Part shown: positions 18,783-29,048 of the stretch, one piece after another
Layout: every line of letters starts with the position of its first letter
Position numbering within the stretch: the stretch's first letter is position 1
Assembly (NCBI GenBank): GCA_048384935.1
Contig: DBEWII010000100.1
Span: 858-64,857 of the forward strand
Direction: 5' to 3'
DNA: 64,000 nt
Source: Collinsella aerofaciens
GTDB lineage: Bacteria > Actinomycetota > Coriobacteriia > Coriobacteriales > Coriobacteriaceae
Program-made: the position numbers and the translations under genes
Notes under the pieces: generated by a model
Databases searched by the model: none
Told to the model about the DNA's origin: nothing
What the model saw: the letters and a program-made list of their open reading frames with translations, nothing else

Positions 18783-20345
18783 CTACTTACCGTCGTCGTC
18801 TTCGGCTTCTTCGCGCGCATAGAGCTCCAGCATGCGGCGGCGGTATTCGCGCACAGCGAGCTTGGCGCGCTCCAGGCGGCGGCGCTCACGCGGAGTCAGC
18901 TCGGACGGGTCGACCTCGTCTCCATAGGTCTTATCGGCAAGCAGGTGCGCCGCGTCCACGATGCGGGCATCGATGTGGCCGCTCGCTGCCTCGGCGGAAA
19001 GACGCTCGGCAATCGTATCGAGCGTAGGCAGGCCCTCGAATACGCGACCATGGCCATGCGAGGTCAGCAGCTCGTGCTCGCGCGCGAGCAAGCTCGCTAG
19101 GTCGTGGTGGGCGCGCAAGATGTCGAGCGCATCGGATGGATGCTCGGCAACCTCTGCCACGGCGGCGACCGGTGCGGCATCCACCACGCGGTAGAAGAGC
19201 TGCGCGAGCAACGGCATCAAGAACACCGTGATGGCACCGGCGGCAACCATGACCGACGCAATATCTTGCGACAGCGCGCCCGCGTTGACGGCAACGCTTG
19301 TCACGGCAACGATGATCGGCAGGGCCGTGGTGCAGTACAGGGCCACGGTAATGCGACCATACGCCGACACATCGCGCGTCGCAGGACAAATGCTCATAGA
19401 GATGAGAATGGGAACGGCACGAATAATCAACAACGCCACGATAAAGCCCGCGAGCAAGCCCGGGCGCGACGCCACGGCCGTCAGATCGATCTTTGCGCCC
19501 GATACGGTAAAGAACACCGGAATCAAAAAGCCGTAGGCCAGGCCATCGAGCTTGGTCTCGAGCGTATGGTTGCCCTCGGGGATGATGTAGCGCAAGACAA
19601 AGCCGGCGGCAAAAGAACCCAACACGATGTCGAGATCAAAGACAGCCGAGAACGCCACGAGTGTGACCAGGATGAGTACCGTCAGGCGCACGAAGGTCTG
19701 CGACGTGGTATCGGCGCGTTCCTCGACAAACGCAAAGAAGCGGCTGCCGACGCGCTTGGAGCGACTTGGGACCACGGCCAGCAACACGCAAACCACCGCA
19801 AACAAGCCAAGGATTACGAGCGTTTGGATGCCAGTGCGGGCAGACAGCAGCACCGACATGGCGAGCACAGGGCCGAGCTCGCCCCAAGTGCCATACGCGA
19901 GAATCGAGTCGCCCACACGCGTGCCAGTGAGCGAGCGCTCACGCATGATGGGCACGAGCGTGCCGAGCGCCGTCGAAGTGAGGGCAAGCGTCACGGCGAT
20001 ACCGTCGAAATGACTAACCGAGAACCACGGGGTAAAGCGCACGGCAAGCCAGGCGATACCAAACGTGACGACCCACGTCGCCAAGCCGTAGCGCCCCTCG
20101 ACGCCCGTGATGCTCTTGGGGTCGATCTCAAAGCCGGCAAGCAGGAATAAGAAGGCCAGACCGAGCTCGGACACAAGCGAGACCTCGGCATCTACATGGA
20201 TGACGCCGAGCATATGGGGTCCCAGCACCGCGCCGAGCACGAGCAAAAAGACCGTCTCGGGAACGGGTTTTCCAGGAATCGCCGAGGCGATGAAGGGGCT
20301 TGCAAAGGCCACGAGTGCGATGATGGCGAGCGAAACGAATGCCAT
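18783..20345 (-). CDS. cation:proton antiporter (Na+/H+ exchanger family) with a C-terminal soluble extension
   Basis: 520 aa. About 390 aa form a polytopic membrane domain typical of CPA-type exchangers. These are followed by about 130 aa of charged soluble tail. Confidence 0.8.
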   Translation of the reverse strand: MAFVSLAIIALVAFASPFIASAIPGKPVPETVFLLVLGAVLGPHMLGVIHVDAEVSLVSELGLAFLFLLAGFEIDPKSITGVEGRYGLATWVVTFGIAWLAVRFTPWFSVSHFDGIAVTLALTSTALGTLVPIMRERSLTGTRVGDSILAYGTWGELGPVLAMSVLLSARTGIQTLVILGLFAVVCVLLAVVPSRSKRVGSRFFAFVEERADTTSQTFVRLTVLILVTLVAFSAVFDLDIVLGSFAAGFVLRYIIPEGNHTLETKLDGLAYGFLIPVFFTVSGAKIDLTAVASRPGLLAGFIVALLIIRAVPILISMSICPATRDVSAYGRITVALYCTTALPIIVAVTSVAVNAGALSQDIASVMVAAGAITVFLMPLLAQLFYRVVDAAPVAAVAEVAEHPSDALDILRAHHDLASLLAREHELLTSHGHGRVFEGLPTLDTIAERLSAEAASGHIDARIVDAAHLLADKTYGDEVDPSELTPRERRRLERAKLAVREYRRRMLELYAREEAEDDDGK

Positions 20346-20529
20346 GTGATGCCTTTCTCTTGATTGCGCATCACTGTAGCACCCTCGCCGTCCTCAACGC
20401 GCCACGAGCTGTCGTATCATAGTGAGGTTTACAAACATGTGGCTCAAGGCGACCGCGAGGCTTGCCCCGCAAACCGACCGCTGCCGCATACCGTACCGTA
20501 CGCCCAACCGATCAGGAAGGCAGGAACCA

Positions 20530-23500
20530 ATGGTCTCTCGTATCTACGTGGAGAAGAAACCCGGGTTCGACGTCGAGGCTCAGCAGCTCAAGGGCGAGCT
20601 GACCGAAATTCTCGGCATCAAGGGCATCGAGGCCCTGAGGATCATCAACCGCTACGACGTCGAGGGCATCGACGAGGAGCTTTTCCGCTCCTGCGTGCCG
20701 ACCGTCTTTAGCGAGCCCCAGGTCGATGTGACCTACGACGAACTCCCCGCAAGCGATGGCGCCGTCTTTGCCGTCGAATTCCTGCCTGGCCAGTTTGACC
20801 AGCGCGCCGACTCCGCCAGCGAGTGCGTGCAGCTCATCAGCCAGGGCGAGCGCCCCGCCGTGCGCTCCGCCAAGGTCTATATGATCTCGGGCGCTCTGGA
20901 CGAGGCCGCCATCGATGCCATCAAGCACTACGTGGTGAACCCCGTCGAGGCGCGCATCGCCTCGCTCGACCTGCCCGAGACGCTGTACATGGAGACCCCC
21001 GAGCCCCAGCCCGTCGAGATGCTCGACGGCTTCCGCGAGCTCGACGAGGCCGGCCTTGCCGCCTTTATTTCCGAGCGCGGCCTTGCCATGGACGAGGCGG
21101 ACATCGCCTTCTGCCAGCAGTACTTCCGCGATGAGGACCGCGACCCCACCATCACCGAAATCCGCGTGATCGACACCTATTGGTCCGACCACTGCCGCCA
21201 CACCACCTTCGGCACCGTCCTGGATGACGTGACGATCGACGACGCCGTGGTGCAGCAGGCCTTCGACCGCTACATGGAGATGCGCCACGAACTCGGCCGC
21301 GACGCCAAGCCCGTCTGCCTCATGGACATGGGCACCATCGGCGCTAAGTACCTTAAGAAGACCGGCGTCATGACCGATGTCGACGAGTCCGAGGAGATCA
21401 ACGCCTGCACCGTCAAGGTGAAGGTCGATGTCGACGGCGAGGACCAGGACTGGCTGTTCCTGTTTAAGAACGAGACCCACAACCACCCGACCGAGATCGA
21501 GCCCTTCGGCGGTGCCGCCACCTGCGTGGGCGGCGCCATCCGCGACCCGCTCTCGGGCCGCAGCTACGTGTACCAGGCCATGCGCGTCACCGGCGCCGGC
21601 GACCCCACCGTCCCGGTTTCCGAGACGCTCGAGGGCAAGCTGCCGCAGCGCAAGCTCGTGACCACTGCCGCCGCCGGCTACTCCAGCTACGGCAACCAGA
21701 TCGGCCTTGCCACCGGCCAGGTCAACGAACTCTATCACCCCGGCTACGTGGCCAAGCGCATGGAGGTCGGCGCCGTCGTGGGCGCTACCCCGGCAAACCA
21801 CGTGCGCCGCGAGTGCCCCGCCCCCACCGACAAGATCATCCTGCTGGGCGGCCGCACCGGCCGCGATGGCATCGGTGGCGCCACCGGCTCCTCCAAGACC
21901 CAGAACACCGAGTCCATCGAGACCTCGGGTGCCGAGGTCCAGAAGGGCAACGCCCCGGTCGAGCGCAAGCTGCAGCGCCTGTTCCGCCGCGGCGACGCCT
22001 GCCGTCTGATCAAGCGCTGCAACGACTTTGGCGCCGGCGGCGTCTCAGTCGCCGTGGGCGAGCTTGCCGACGGCCTGTACGTGGACCTGGACACCGTGAC
22101 CAAGAAGTACGACGGCCTGGACGGCACCGAGCTCGCTATCTCCGAGTCCCAGGAGCGCATGGCTTGCGCCGTCGCCGACGGTGACGTCGAGGAGTTCATG
22201 GGCTACGCCGCCGAGGAAAACCTGGAGGCGACCGTTATCGCCGAGGTTACCGCCGAGCCGCGCATGCGCATGGCATGGAACGGCGTCGCCATCGTCGATC
22301 TGTCCCGCGAGTTCCTCAACTCCAACGGTGCGCCCAAGCACCAGGTCGCCCACGTCTGTGCCCGCAGCGTGTGGCAGCCCAGCTGGGCCGGCACCACGCT
22401 CGCCGAGCGCATGACCTCGCTCGTCACCGACCTCAACGTCGCTTCCAACAAGGGCCTTTCCGAGCGCTTCGACTCCACCATCGGCGCCGCGACCGTGCTC
22501 ATGCCCTTTGGCGGCAAGATGCAGCTTACCCCAAGCTCGGCCATGGTCGCCAAGTTCCCCGTGGACGGCGAGACCACCACGGCGAGTGCCATGGCATGGG
22601 GCTTCAACCCCTATCTGATGGAGGCCGACCAGTTTGCGGGCGCCTACCTGTCCGTGGTCGAGTCCATCGCCAAGCTCGTTGCCGCCGGCTTTGAGCACAA
22701 GCGCGCCTACCTCTCCTTCCAGGAGTACTTCGAGCGCCTGCGCACCGAGGCCGAGCGTTGGGGCAAGCCCATGGCTGCCGTCCTGGGTGCCCTCATGGCC
22801 CAGGTCGACCTGGGTGCCGGCGCCATCGGCGGCAAGGACTCCATGAGCGGTTCGTTTGAGGACGAGACCGGCGAGCTCAACGTTCCGCCGACCCTGATCA
22901 GCTTCGCCGTCGCCGTGGGCAAGGCCGCCCGCGCCGTCTCACCCGAGTTCAAGGGCCTCACGCACCGAGTCGTCCGCATCGCCCCCGCCACCTATGGCGA
23001 GGACTGCCGTCCCGACGCCCAGCAGCTGCTCGCCGCGTTTGACGCCGTCGAGGCGCTCACTGCTACCGGCGACGCCCTGGCCGTCTCCACGCCCGGCTAC
23101 GGCTGCGGCGCCGAGAGCCTCTTTAAGATGTGCGTCGGCAACCAGATCGGTATCGAGCTTGCCGAGGATGTGGACGTGGAGAGCCTCTTCACCCCGCTCT
23201 ACGGCAGCTTTATCGTCGAGCTCGCCGATGACGCCGAGCTGCCCGAGGTCGCCGACGGCGTTGTCGTCGAGCCCCTGGGCACCACCGTTGAGGGTTACGT
23301 CATCGATACTGGCTCCGAGGTCATCGAGCTCTCCAAGCTTCAGGAGGCCTGGGAGAGCGGCATCGAGAGTGTCTTTGCCTACCGCAGCGCCGACGAGACC
23401 CCCGAGGTCGAGACCATCGACTTCCGCGCCAAGGACATCCACGTGTACGCCGGCGCCAAGATCGCCCGCCCGCGCGTGGTTATCCCCGTGTTCCCCGGCA

Positions 23501-24276
23501 ACAACTGCGAGTACGATAGCGCCCGTGCCTTCCGCGCCGCCGGTGCCGAGGCCGACACCTTCGTGATCAACAACCTCACGCCCGAGGCCGTCGCCGAGAG
23601 CACCCACGAGCTTGCCCGCCGCATCCGCGCAAGCCAGATCGTCATGATCCCCGGCGGCTTCTCGGGCGGCGACGAGCCCGACGGCTCCGCCAAGTTCATC
23701 ACGGCGTTCTTCCGCGCTCCCGAGGTCACCGAGGCAGTCCGCGACCTGCTCAAGGCCCGCGATGGCCTGATGCTGGGCATCTGCAACGGCTTCCAGGCCC
23801 TGATCAAGCTCGGTCTGGTGCCCTACGGCGACATCGTCGACGCCACGCCCGATGCGCCCACGTTGACGTTCAACACCATCGGTCGCCACCAGAGCCGTCT
23901 GGTGCGCACCCGCATCTCGTCCAACTTGTCCCCGTGGCTGTCGCAGTGCAGCCTGGACGACCCCTACACCGTCGCCATCAGCCACGGCGAGGGCCGCTTT
24001 GTCGCCAACGATGAAGTGCTCGCCCAGCTGATCGCCAACGGCCAGGTCGCCACGCAGTACGTGGGCGAGAACGGTAAGCCCAGCATGGATCTCTCCGTCA
24101 ACCCCAACGGCTCCGCACTCGCCATCGAGGGCATCACGAGCCCCGACGGCCGCGTCCTGGGCAAGATGGGCCATGCCGAGCGTCGCGGCGACAACCTGTA
24201 CCGCAACGTGCCCGAGCATGTCCCCGGCGATAAGTTCATGCCGATCTTTGAGAGCGGCGTAGCCTACTTCGCTTAA
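20530..24276 (+). CDS. purL: phosphoribosylformylglycinamidine synthase, single-chain large form
   Basis: About 1248 aa, with FGAM synthetase domains and a C-terminal glutamine amidotransferase (GICNGFQAL, HGEGRF). Start at MVSRIYVEKKPGF (ATG 20530, AGGAAGG upstream). Confidence 0.95.
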   Translation: MVSRIYVEKKPGFDVEAQQLKGELTEILGIKGIEALRIINRYDVEGIDEELFRSCVPTVFSEPQVDVTYDELPASDGAVFAVEFLPGQFDQRADSASECVQLISQGERPAVRSAKVYMISGALDEAAIDAIKHYVVNPVEARIASLDLPETLYMETPEPQPVEMLDGFRELDEAGLAAFISERGLAMDEADIAFCQQYFRDEDRDPTITEIRVIDTYWSDHCRHTTFGTVLDDVTIDDAVVQQAFDRYMEMRHELGRDAKPVCLMDMGTIGAKYLKKTGVMTDVDESEEINACTVKVKVDVDGEDQDWLFLFKNETHNHPTEIEPFGGAATCVGGAIRDPLSGRSYVYQAMRVTGAGDPTVPVSETLEGKLPQRKLVTTAAAGYSSYGNQIGLATGQVNELYHPGYVAKRMEVGAVVGATPANHVRRECPAPTDKIILLGGRTGRDGIGGATGSSKTQNTESIETSGAEVQKGNAPVERKLQRLFRRGDACRLIKRCNDFGAGGVSVAVGELADGLYVDLDTVTKKYDGLDGTELAISESQERMACAVADGDVEEFMGYAAEENLEATVIAEVTAEPRMRMAWNGVAIVDLSREFLNSNGAPKHQVAHVCARSVWQPSWAGTTLAERMTSLVTDLNVASNKGLSERFDSTIGAATVLMPFGGKMQLTPSSAMVAKFPVDGETTTASAMAWGFNPYLMEADQFAGAYLSVVESIAKLVAAGFEHKRAYLSFQEYFERLRTEAERWGKPMAAVLGALMAQVDLGAGAIGGKDSMSGSFEDETGELNVPPTLISFAVAVGKAARAVSPEFKGLTHRVVRIAPATYGEDCRPDAQQLLAAFDAVEALTATGDALAVSTPGYGCGAESLFKMCVGNQIGIELAEDVDVESLFTPLYGSFIVELADDAELPEVADGVVVEPLGTTVEGYVIDTGSEVIELSKLQEAWESGIESVFAYRSADETPEVETIDFRAKDIHVYAGAKIARPRVVIPVFPGNNCEYDSARAFRAAGAEADTFVINNLTPEAVAESTHELARRIRASQIVMIPGGFSGGDEPDGSAKFITAFFRAPEVTEAVRDLLKARDGLMLGICNGFQALIKLGLVPYGDIVDATPDAPTLTFNTIGRHQSRLVRTRISSNLSPWLSQCSLDDPYTVAISHGEGRFVANDEVLAQLIANGQVATQYVGENGKPSMDLSVNPNGSALAIEGITSPDGRVLGKMGHAERRGDNLYRNVPEHVPGDKFMPIFESGVAYFA

Positions 24277-24313
24277 TACGTTCCCATCGGGTACAATCCC
24301 CTCGGATAACAAC

Positions 24314-24350
24314 ACCCGCCACCGGCACGCCCGGTGGCGGGTTCTTTTTT
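24314..24350 (+). terminator. intrinsic terminator after purL
   Basis: ACCCGCCACCGG / CCGGTGGCGGGT 12-bp stem followed by TCTTTTTT. Confidence 0.85.
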
Positions 24351-24375
24351 GCTTCGCGCATGTAGGAAGGACATC

Positions 24376-25311
24376 ATGGAAAGCCGCAAGCCGTATCTCG
24401 CCACCCTGCCTGGACTCATCCTGGGCTGTCTTGTTTGCTGTGCACTCTGGGGCTCCGCCTTCCCCTGCATCAAGATCGGCTACGGCCTCTTTGGCATTCC
24501 CGCGCACGACAGCGCCTCGCAGCTGCTCTTCGCGGGCCTGCGCTTCACCCTTGCCGGCATGCTGGTCATTGTTGGCATGAGCGTGGCCCAGCGCCGTCCG
24601 CTCGTTCCGCAAGCGCGTGATATCAAGCCCATCTGCATCTTGTCGCTCTTCCAGACCATCGGCCAGTACTTCTTTTTCTACCTTGGTCTCTCCCGTGCAA
24701 GCGCTATGTCGAGCTCCATCATCGAGGCCAGCGCCAACTTCCTAGCCATCCTCTTTGCCGCCCTGGCGTTTCGCACCGAAAAGCTCAATGCGGCCAAGGT
24801 GCTCGGCTGCGTACTGGGCTTTGCCGGTGTCGCGCTCGTCAACCTTTCGGGCGCGGACGGTACCTTTGGCTTTACGCTCGACGGCGAGGGCTTTATCCTG
24901 GCCTCTACCGTCGCGGGCGCCCTTTCGACCTGCCTGATCGGTATCTTCTCGCGCGAGCACGACGGCGTTTTGCTTGCCGGGTGGCAGTTCTTGGTCGGCG
25001 GCCTGGTCCTCACCGCCATCGGCTTTTTGATGGATGGCGCGCTCTCCCCCACGGCGATTGCCCCCGCCATCGCGCTCATCATCTACATGGCGCTTATCTC
25101 CGCGGTCGCCTACTCGCTGTGGTCGCGCCTGCTTGCCGTCAACCCCGTCAGCCGCGTCTCGGTCTTTGGGTTTATGAACCCCGTCTTTGGTGTGCTGCTG
25201 AGCGCGCTGCTGCTCGGCGAGGGCGCTGGCACGAGCCCCGTTACCGTCATCGTTGCCCTGCTGTTGGTCTGCGGCGGCATCATCATCGTCAACAAACCCA
25301 AAAAAGCTTAA
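24376..25311 (+). CDS. DMT-superfamily (EamA-like) transporter
   Basis: Ten-helix pattern with two EamA-like halves. The ATG at 24376 follows AGGAAGGA. The ORF-track start at 24334 lies inside the purL terminator and is rejected. Confidence 0.85.
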   Translation: MESRKPYLATLPGLILGCLVCCALWGSAFPCIKIGYGLFGIPAHDSASQLLFAGLRFTLAGMLVIVGMSVAQRRPLVPQARDIKPICILSLFQTIGQYFFFYLGLSRASAMSSSIIEASANFLAILFAALAFRTEKLNAAKVLGCVLGFAGVALVNLSGADGTFGFTLDGEGFILASTVAGALSTCLIGIFSREHDGVLLAGWQFLVGGLVLTAIGFLMDGALSPTAIAPAIALIIYMALISAVAYSLWSRLLAVNPVSRVSVFGFMNPVFGVLLSALLLGEGAGTSPVTVIVALLLVCGGIIIVNKPKKA

Positions 25312-25387
25312 CGAACTGCCCTTATTTAGCAGAGGGGATTCATGTACCTTAGCTTAATGGAGTACATCGGTGAGCTGAGGGCCGCCA

Positions 25388-25413
25388 CGCACGCAAGCGT
25401 GCGCGCCTTTTTT
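25388..25413 (+). terminator. putative terminator after the DMT gene
   Basis: CGCACGC-AA-GCGTGCG palindrome followed by CGCC and TTTTTT. The stem is short, so this is tentative. Confidence 0.4.
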
Positions 25414-26556
25414 CTAGCGTATCTGGACGCCGGCTTTCTTTTTCTCGGCCTTGACGCGGTAGAGCTCCGCATCGGCAGCGCGAAGTAAGTCTTGCCAGGT
25501 ATCAACACTATCGCCGACCCGCGCGTAACCGATGGACATCCGCAATGCATACGGCACCTCGGCACGAGCGAGCTCGTCGTTAATCGCCGAACACAGGTCT
25601 ATGATGTCCTGTTCCGCCGCAGCCTTCTGGAGCACCACGAACTCATCGCCGCCATAACGTGCGATAAAACCACCAGACGCCGAGCAGACCTCTTTGAGCG
25701 TAGCAGATATGACCTGGAGAGCATGGTCGCGCTCCACATGTCCATACCGGTCGTTAATCTGCTTAAAGCCGTCGGCGTCCATCATAAGCAGATACACATC
25801 ATCGGCCTGATCAGCACCCGAGAACAGCGACAGCATATAGGTCTCAAAACGGTTGCGATTGTTAAGGCCAGTCAACGGGTCGGTCGAGATCAGCTGCTCC
25901 TGACAAACAATGTAGAGCTGCAACATACTTAACATGATGCCGACACTAAGGCAGGGACCCGAATAAAAGACCTGAAAGACACCGGCCACCAAGGCCGGAA
26001 TGGCGAAAAATGCCAAGGTTTGATAGATGGCCTTCTTTTGTAGGCTCTCGACCTTGCAAGATTGTATAAACGCATGCAGGGACGTATATATAACGTAGCA
26101 GTAGCTGACGATGGGCTGGATCATATAGACAAAACCGCGACGATACGCGCCCTGCGCATCGATATAAAACAGGGCATGCGTCCAGTAGCTAGTAAACGCC
26201 AGTACGACTACCAGCACCGCAGGCAGCGTTACAAACGCCATCCTATAGCGCGCGGTCAAAAGGCGAGAACCCTGCACCGTCTCGGAATAGATAAACCAAA
26301 TGAGGCACGCGGCGGCAAAGAGCGAAAACGAAACCGCGTTGGAAATCCAGTTGGCAGCAATGCCCAGCGTGCCGCCCACACCGTCCGAAAGCGTCCAGAT
26401 TATATCGAATAACATGTACGCGGCAGAGGTGTAGCCGAGCGTACTAAACAATAACTGCTGGGTACTCGAGAACAAGGAGTGGCGACTTCGCGCGGCAAGC
26501 CCGATAAGAACAATCATGCATAGCAGGAATATCTCAATCTTGAGTGCCTTAACCAC
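25414..26556 (-). CDS. membrane-bound diguanylate cyclase (multi-TM sensor + GGDEF)
   Basis: N-terminal region of about 230 aa with 6-7 hydrophobic helices, then a GGDEF domain (RYGGDEFVVL). The likely start is GTG at 26554-26556 rc, 9 nt after GGAGGG. The ORF-track TTG at 26574 is possible. Confidence 0.85.
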   Translation of the reverse strand: MVKALKIEIFLLCMIVLIGLAARSRHSLFSSTQQLLFSTLGYTSAAYMLFDIIWTLSDGVGGTLGIAANWISNAVSFSLFAAACLIWFIYSETVQGSRLLTARYRMAFVTLPAVLVVVLAFTSYWTHALFYIDAQGAYRRGFVYMIQPIVSYCYVIYTSLHAFIQSCKVESLQKKAIYQTLAFFAIPALVAGVFQVFYSGPCLSVGIMLSMLQLYIVCQEQLISTDPLTGLNNRNRFETYMLSLFSGADQADDVYLLMMDADGFKQINDRYGHVERDHALQVISATLKEVCSASGGFIARYGGDEFVVLQKAAAEQDIIDLCSAINDELARAEVPYALRMSIGYARVGDSVDTWQDLLRAADAELYRVKAEKKKAGVQIR

Positions 26557-26654
26557 TAGACGCCATCCCTCCAATATCCAAGTGGTCAGAATCGCCCGAT
26601 TCGTGTCTGGGTAATAAACACCCCTACTCCGCAGGGGTAAGGGGAATAATAGCA

Positions 26655-26698
26655 GAGCGCCCGAACGTCACTGCAAGACAGCTTTCGTTCGGGCGCTC
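26655..26698 (-). terminator. hairpin downstream of kdgT
   Basis: GAGCGCCCGAACG / CGTTCGGGCGCTC 13-bp stem with an 18-nt loop. No strong U-tract. Confidence 0.45.
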
Positions 26699-26743
26699 AA
26701 ACGGCGCGAATTGCACGCCGGCTTGATTGACTCGCGTCGACGA

Positions 26744-27766
26744 TTACTCGCCATCGATGTCGGTCGCGACGGCCTCCTCGATGGCCTCGACACCGGCAGG
26801 AGACAGATCCTCTTTGCCGTGGCAGAACTTCTTATCGACCCAGCCGGTCAGAATCGGGGCCATGATTGCCGTGATGATGACAGCGGTGGCGATCTGCGCA
26901 TACGCGGTGGGCGCAAGCTCGGCATAGCGCGGGGCGACCTCGGCGAGGGCGACCGGCGTGGTCATGGCCGTGCCGGCAATGGTGGAGCATGCCACAGCCG
27001 CCTTACCGTTGCCGCCACACAAGCGCTCGAAAGCAAAGGTAATGGGACCGACGATAAAGAGCGTGATGAAGCCCAGCAAGATACCGGAAATACCGCCGGT
27101 GATAAAGCTCGAAAGACTCATGGACGCACCGAGCTGAAAACCGATAACGGCGATCGCGGGATTGGCGCCGGGGACCAGCAGGTTCTTGATAAACGGGAAG
27201 AGGTTGCCCAGAACCATGCCGATAACAAGCGGCAGGATGGATCCGATGATGGTGCCGACGGGGATGTTGGCGAGACCCGAGACACCGAGGATGATCATGG
27301 TGACGGCGGGGCCGGCCGTAAAGAACAGGATACCGACAGCGCCCTGCTCGGACTCATCGCCAAACTCGCCCATGATGCCCGTATAGAGCGCCATGTTGCA
27401 AAACGTGATGCCGCCGATGATGGAGACCGAGCTCAGACCCAAAAAGTTATCGTTAAAGAAGTACGCGACGCCCAGGCCCAACGCGGCTGCCACCACAAGC
27501 TTGGGGATCAGTACGACGATGCCGGTCTTGATAGCGCCCGGCGTGGACTTAAAGCTGATGCCGGCACCCACAAAAAGCAGAATCGCGGCAACGATGGTGT
27601 TGGAACCGCCGCGGCAGGCAGCCGTAAAGAAGCCGCCGATCTCAAAGACCTGCGGGCAGAAAGTATTGAGCAAAAGGCCAACGATCATGGGATAGATCAT
27701 GATGTCACCCGGGATACGCGGTACCTTGAATTTCTTTTGCTCGTTGGCGGTCGCTTCCTGTGCCAT
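26744..27766 (-). CDS. kdgT: 2-keto-3-deoxygluconate permease
   Basis: The N-terminal region RIPGDIMIYPMIVGLLLNTFCPQVFEIGGFFTAA..GAGISFK closely parallels the KdgT family as I recall it from Bacillus. Start at MAQEAT (ATG 27764-27766 rc). Confidence 0.8.
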   Translation of the reverse strand: MAQEATANEQKKFKVPRIPGDIMIYPMIVGLLLNTFCPQVFEIGGFFTAACRGGSNTIVAAILLFVGAGISFKSTPGAIKTGIVVLIPKLVVAAALGLGVAYFFNDNFLGLSSVSIIGGITFCNMALYTGIMGEFGDESEQGAVGILFFTAGPAVTMIILGVSGLANIPVGTIIGSILPLVIGMVLGNLFPFIKNLLVPGANPAIAVIGFQLGASMSLSSFITGGISGILLGFITLFIVGPITFAFERLCGGNGKAAVACSTIAGTAMTTPVALAEVAPRYAELAPTAYAQIATAVIITAIMAPILTGWVDKKFCHGKEDLSPAGVEAIEEAVATDIDGE

Positions 27767-27906
27767 GAAACCCCCATTTCCGCTGACGCAGAACAAAAGC
27801 CCACGTCACGCTTTGCTACAGTAAAGTTTGACCATGGTACCAGAAGAAGCAGACCGCCTCGGTGGGAAATTGGATTCGTTGGCCGGAATGAAAACGCGTC
27901 CTGCTC

Positions 27907-28203
27907 TTATACGAGGCTCAAAACGATATAGAGCACGATGCCCGAAACACAGCACCATAGCATCGACTTTGTCTTGATTGCCACCGCCACGACGCCGGCA
28001 GCCGCAATCCAGGGAATCAAGCCCTGCCACAAGCCGGCGTCAAAAGCGCCAGGGCTTATCAAATCGTTAGCAACCAGTGCCGCGAAGGCGGCGGGCGGGA
28101 TATAACCCAAGGCCTCGGTAACGCGGGGCGACAGCGTTCTCCCGCGCAAAGCAAACGCCGGGGCAATGCGGAAAATGCGATAGCCGCCCATGACGACAGC
28201 CAC
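27907..28203 (-). CDS. azlD: AzlD-family branched-chain amino acid transport protein
   Basis: 98-aa, three-helix hydrophobic protein immediately downstream of azlC. Confidence 0.7.
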   Translation of the reverse strand: MAVVMGGYRIFRIAPAFALRGRTLSPRVTEALGYIPPAAFAALVANDLISPGAFDAGLWQGLIPWIAAAGVVAVAIKTKSMLWCCVSGIVLYIVLSLV

Positions 28204-28218
28204 AGGACCAAAAACTCA

Positions 28219-28911
28219 TTAACGGGCATCGCAAGCGCCCCTTCCTTCGGCGAGAGCATCGCACGCAAGCGCCGCGACAACGCCGACGAGCACGCTTACC
28301 GGCACGGCGATATTCGTCCACCCCAAGAGCTTGCATATGGCGACGGACACCGCAGCCAAAACGGCAGCTACGATATTGCCGCGCGACAGTCGCTGCGAAA
28401 AGAGCAGGCAGATAAAGAGCGATGTGCAGACAAAACCCGCAATAGCGGTGGGAACATCGACAACGGCACCGACGATGGCGCCCGTCGTACACGAAACGCC
28501 CCATGTTGCGATGAGGATCACGTTGAGCACAAAGGACTCGAGCGGACCCCAATCCTCCCCTTCAACCAATTTGCCAAGCGAGATGCCATATGCCTCCTCG
28601 GTAAGTGTCGCGGCAACAGCCAGCGTCTGACGCTTCGAGGCACCCCTCAGATGCGGTGCGATCGATGCCGAGTAAAGTGCAAAGCGCGAGGAGATTGCGG
28701 CGACGCTCGCGACGATCGATGCCGCAGGCACACCTGCCAGCCACAGATTGCAGATCATAAACTGCCCGCTGCCCGTCACGAACGTGCCGCTCAGAGCAAA
28801 AACCATTCAGGGTTCCATTCCCGTCTGCGCCATGATCATTCCGCACGGCGCGGCTATCGCAACATAGGTAAGCATCACCGGCCAGATGGTTTTAACGATT
28901 TTGAGCACCAT
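28219..28911 (-). pseudogene. azlC: AzlC-family transporter interrupted by an in-frame TGA
   Basis: The ATG at 28909-28911 rc opens MVLKIVKTIWPVMLTYVAIAAPCGMIMAQTGMEP. An in-frame TGA follows at 28807-28809 rc. The same frame then continues as MVFALSGTFVTGSGQF... for 195 aa. The combined length of about 230 aa equals a normal AzlC. Confidence 0.7.
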
Positions 28912-29048
28912 AGCGTTCCTCGTCCCGACAAGCTTTCCGAGCCGCATTCAACGACGCGGCAGAATCATCACCCGGTGGCAATAAAGTTCGCCTACAATTG
29001 CCACCGGATCGAAAGACACAGAAAGACACAGCTTTTTAGGAAGTCATT

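Noticed and set aside
20346-20529. Possible purine or ZTP (pfl-type) riboswitch in the 184-nt leader of purL. The segment AACCGACCGCTGCCGCA superficially recalls the ZTP 3' element CCGACCGCCUGGGC.
   Set aside because: The conserved 5' ZTP elements (ACUGGCG, CCGGG) and the GGGC of the 3' element are absent. No purine-riboswitch junction sequences (UAUA..., CCGUAAA-like) were found. The region is also a divergent promoter region for the antiporter gene.
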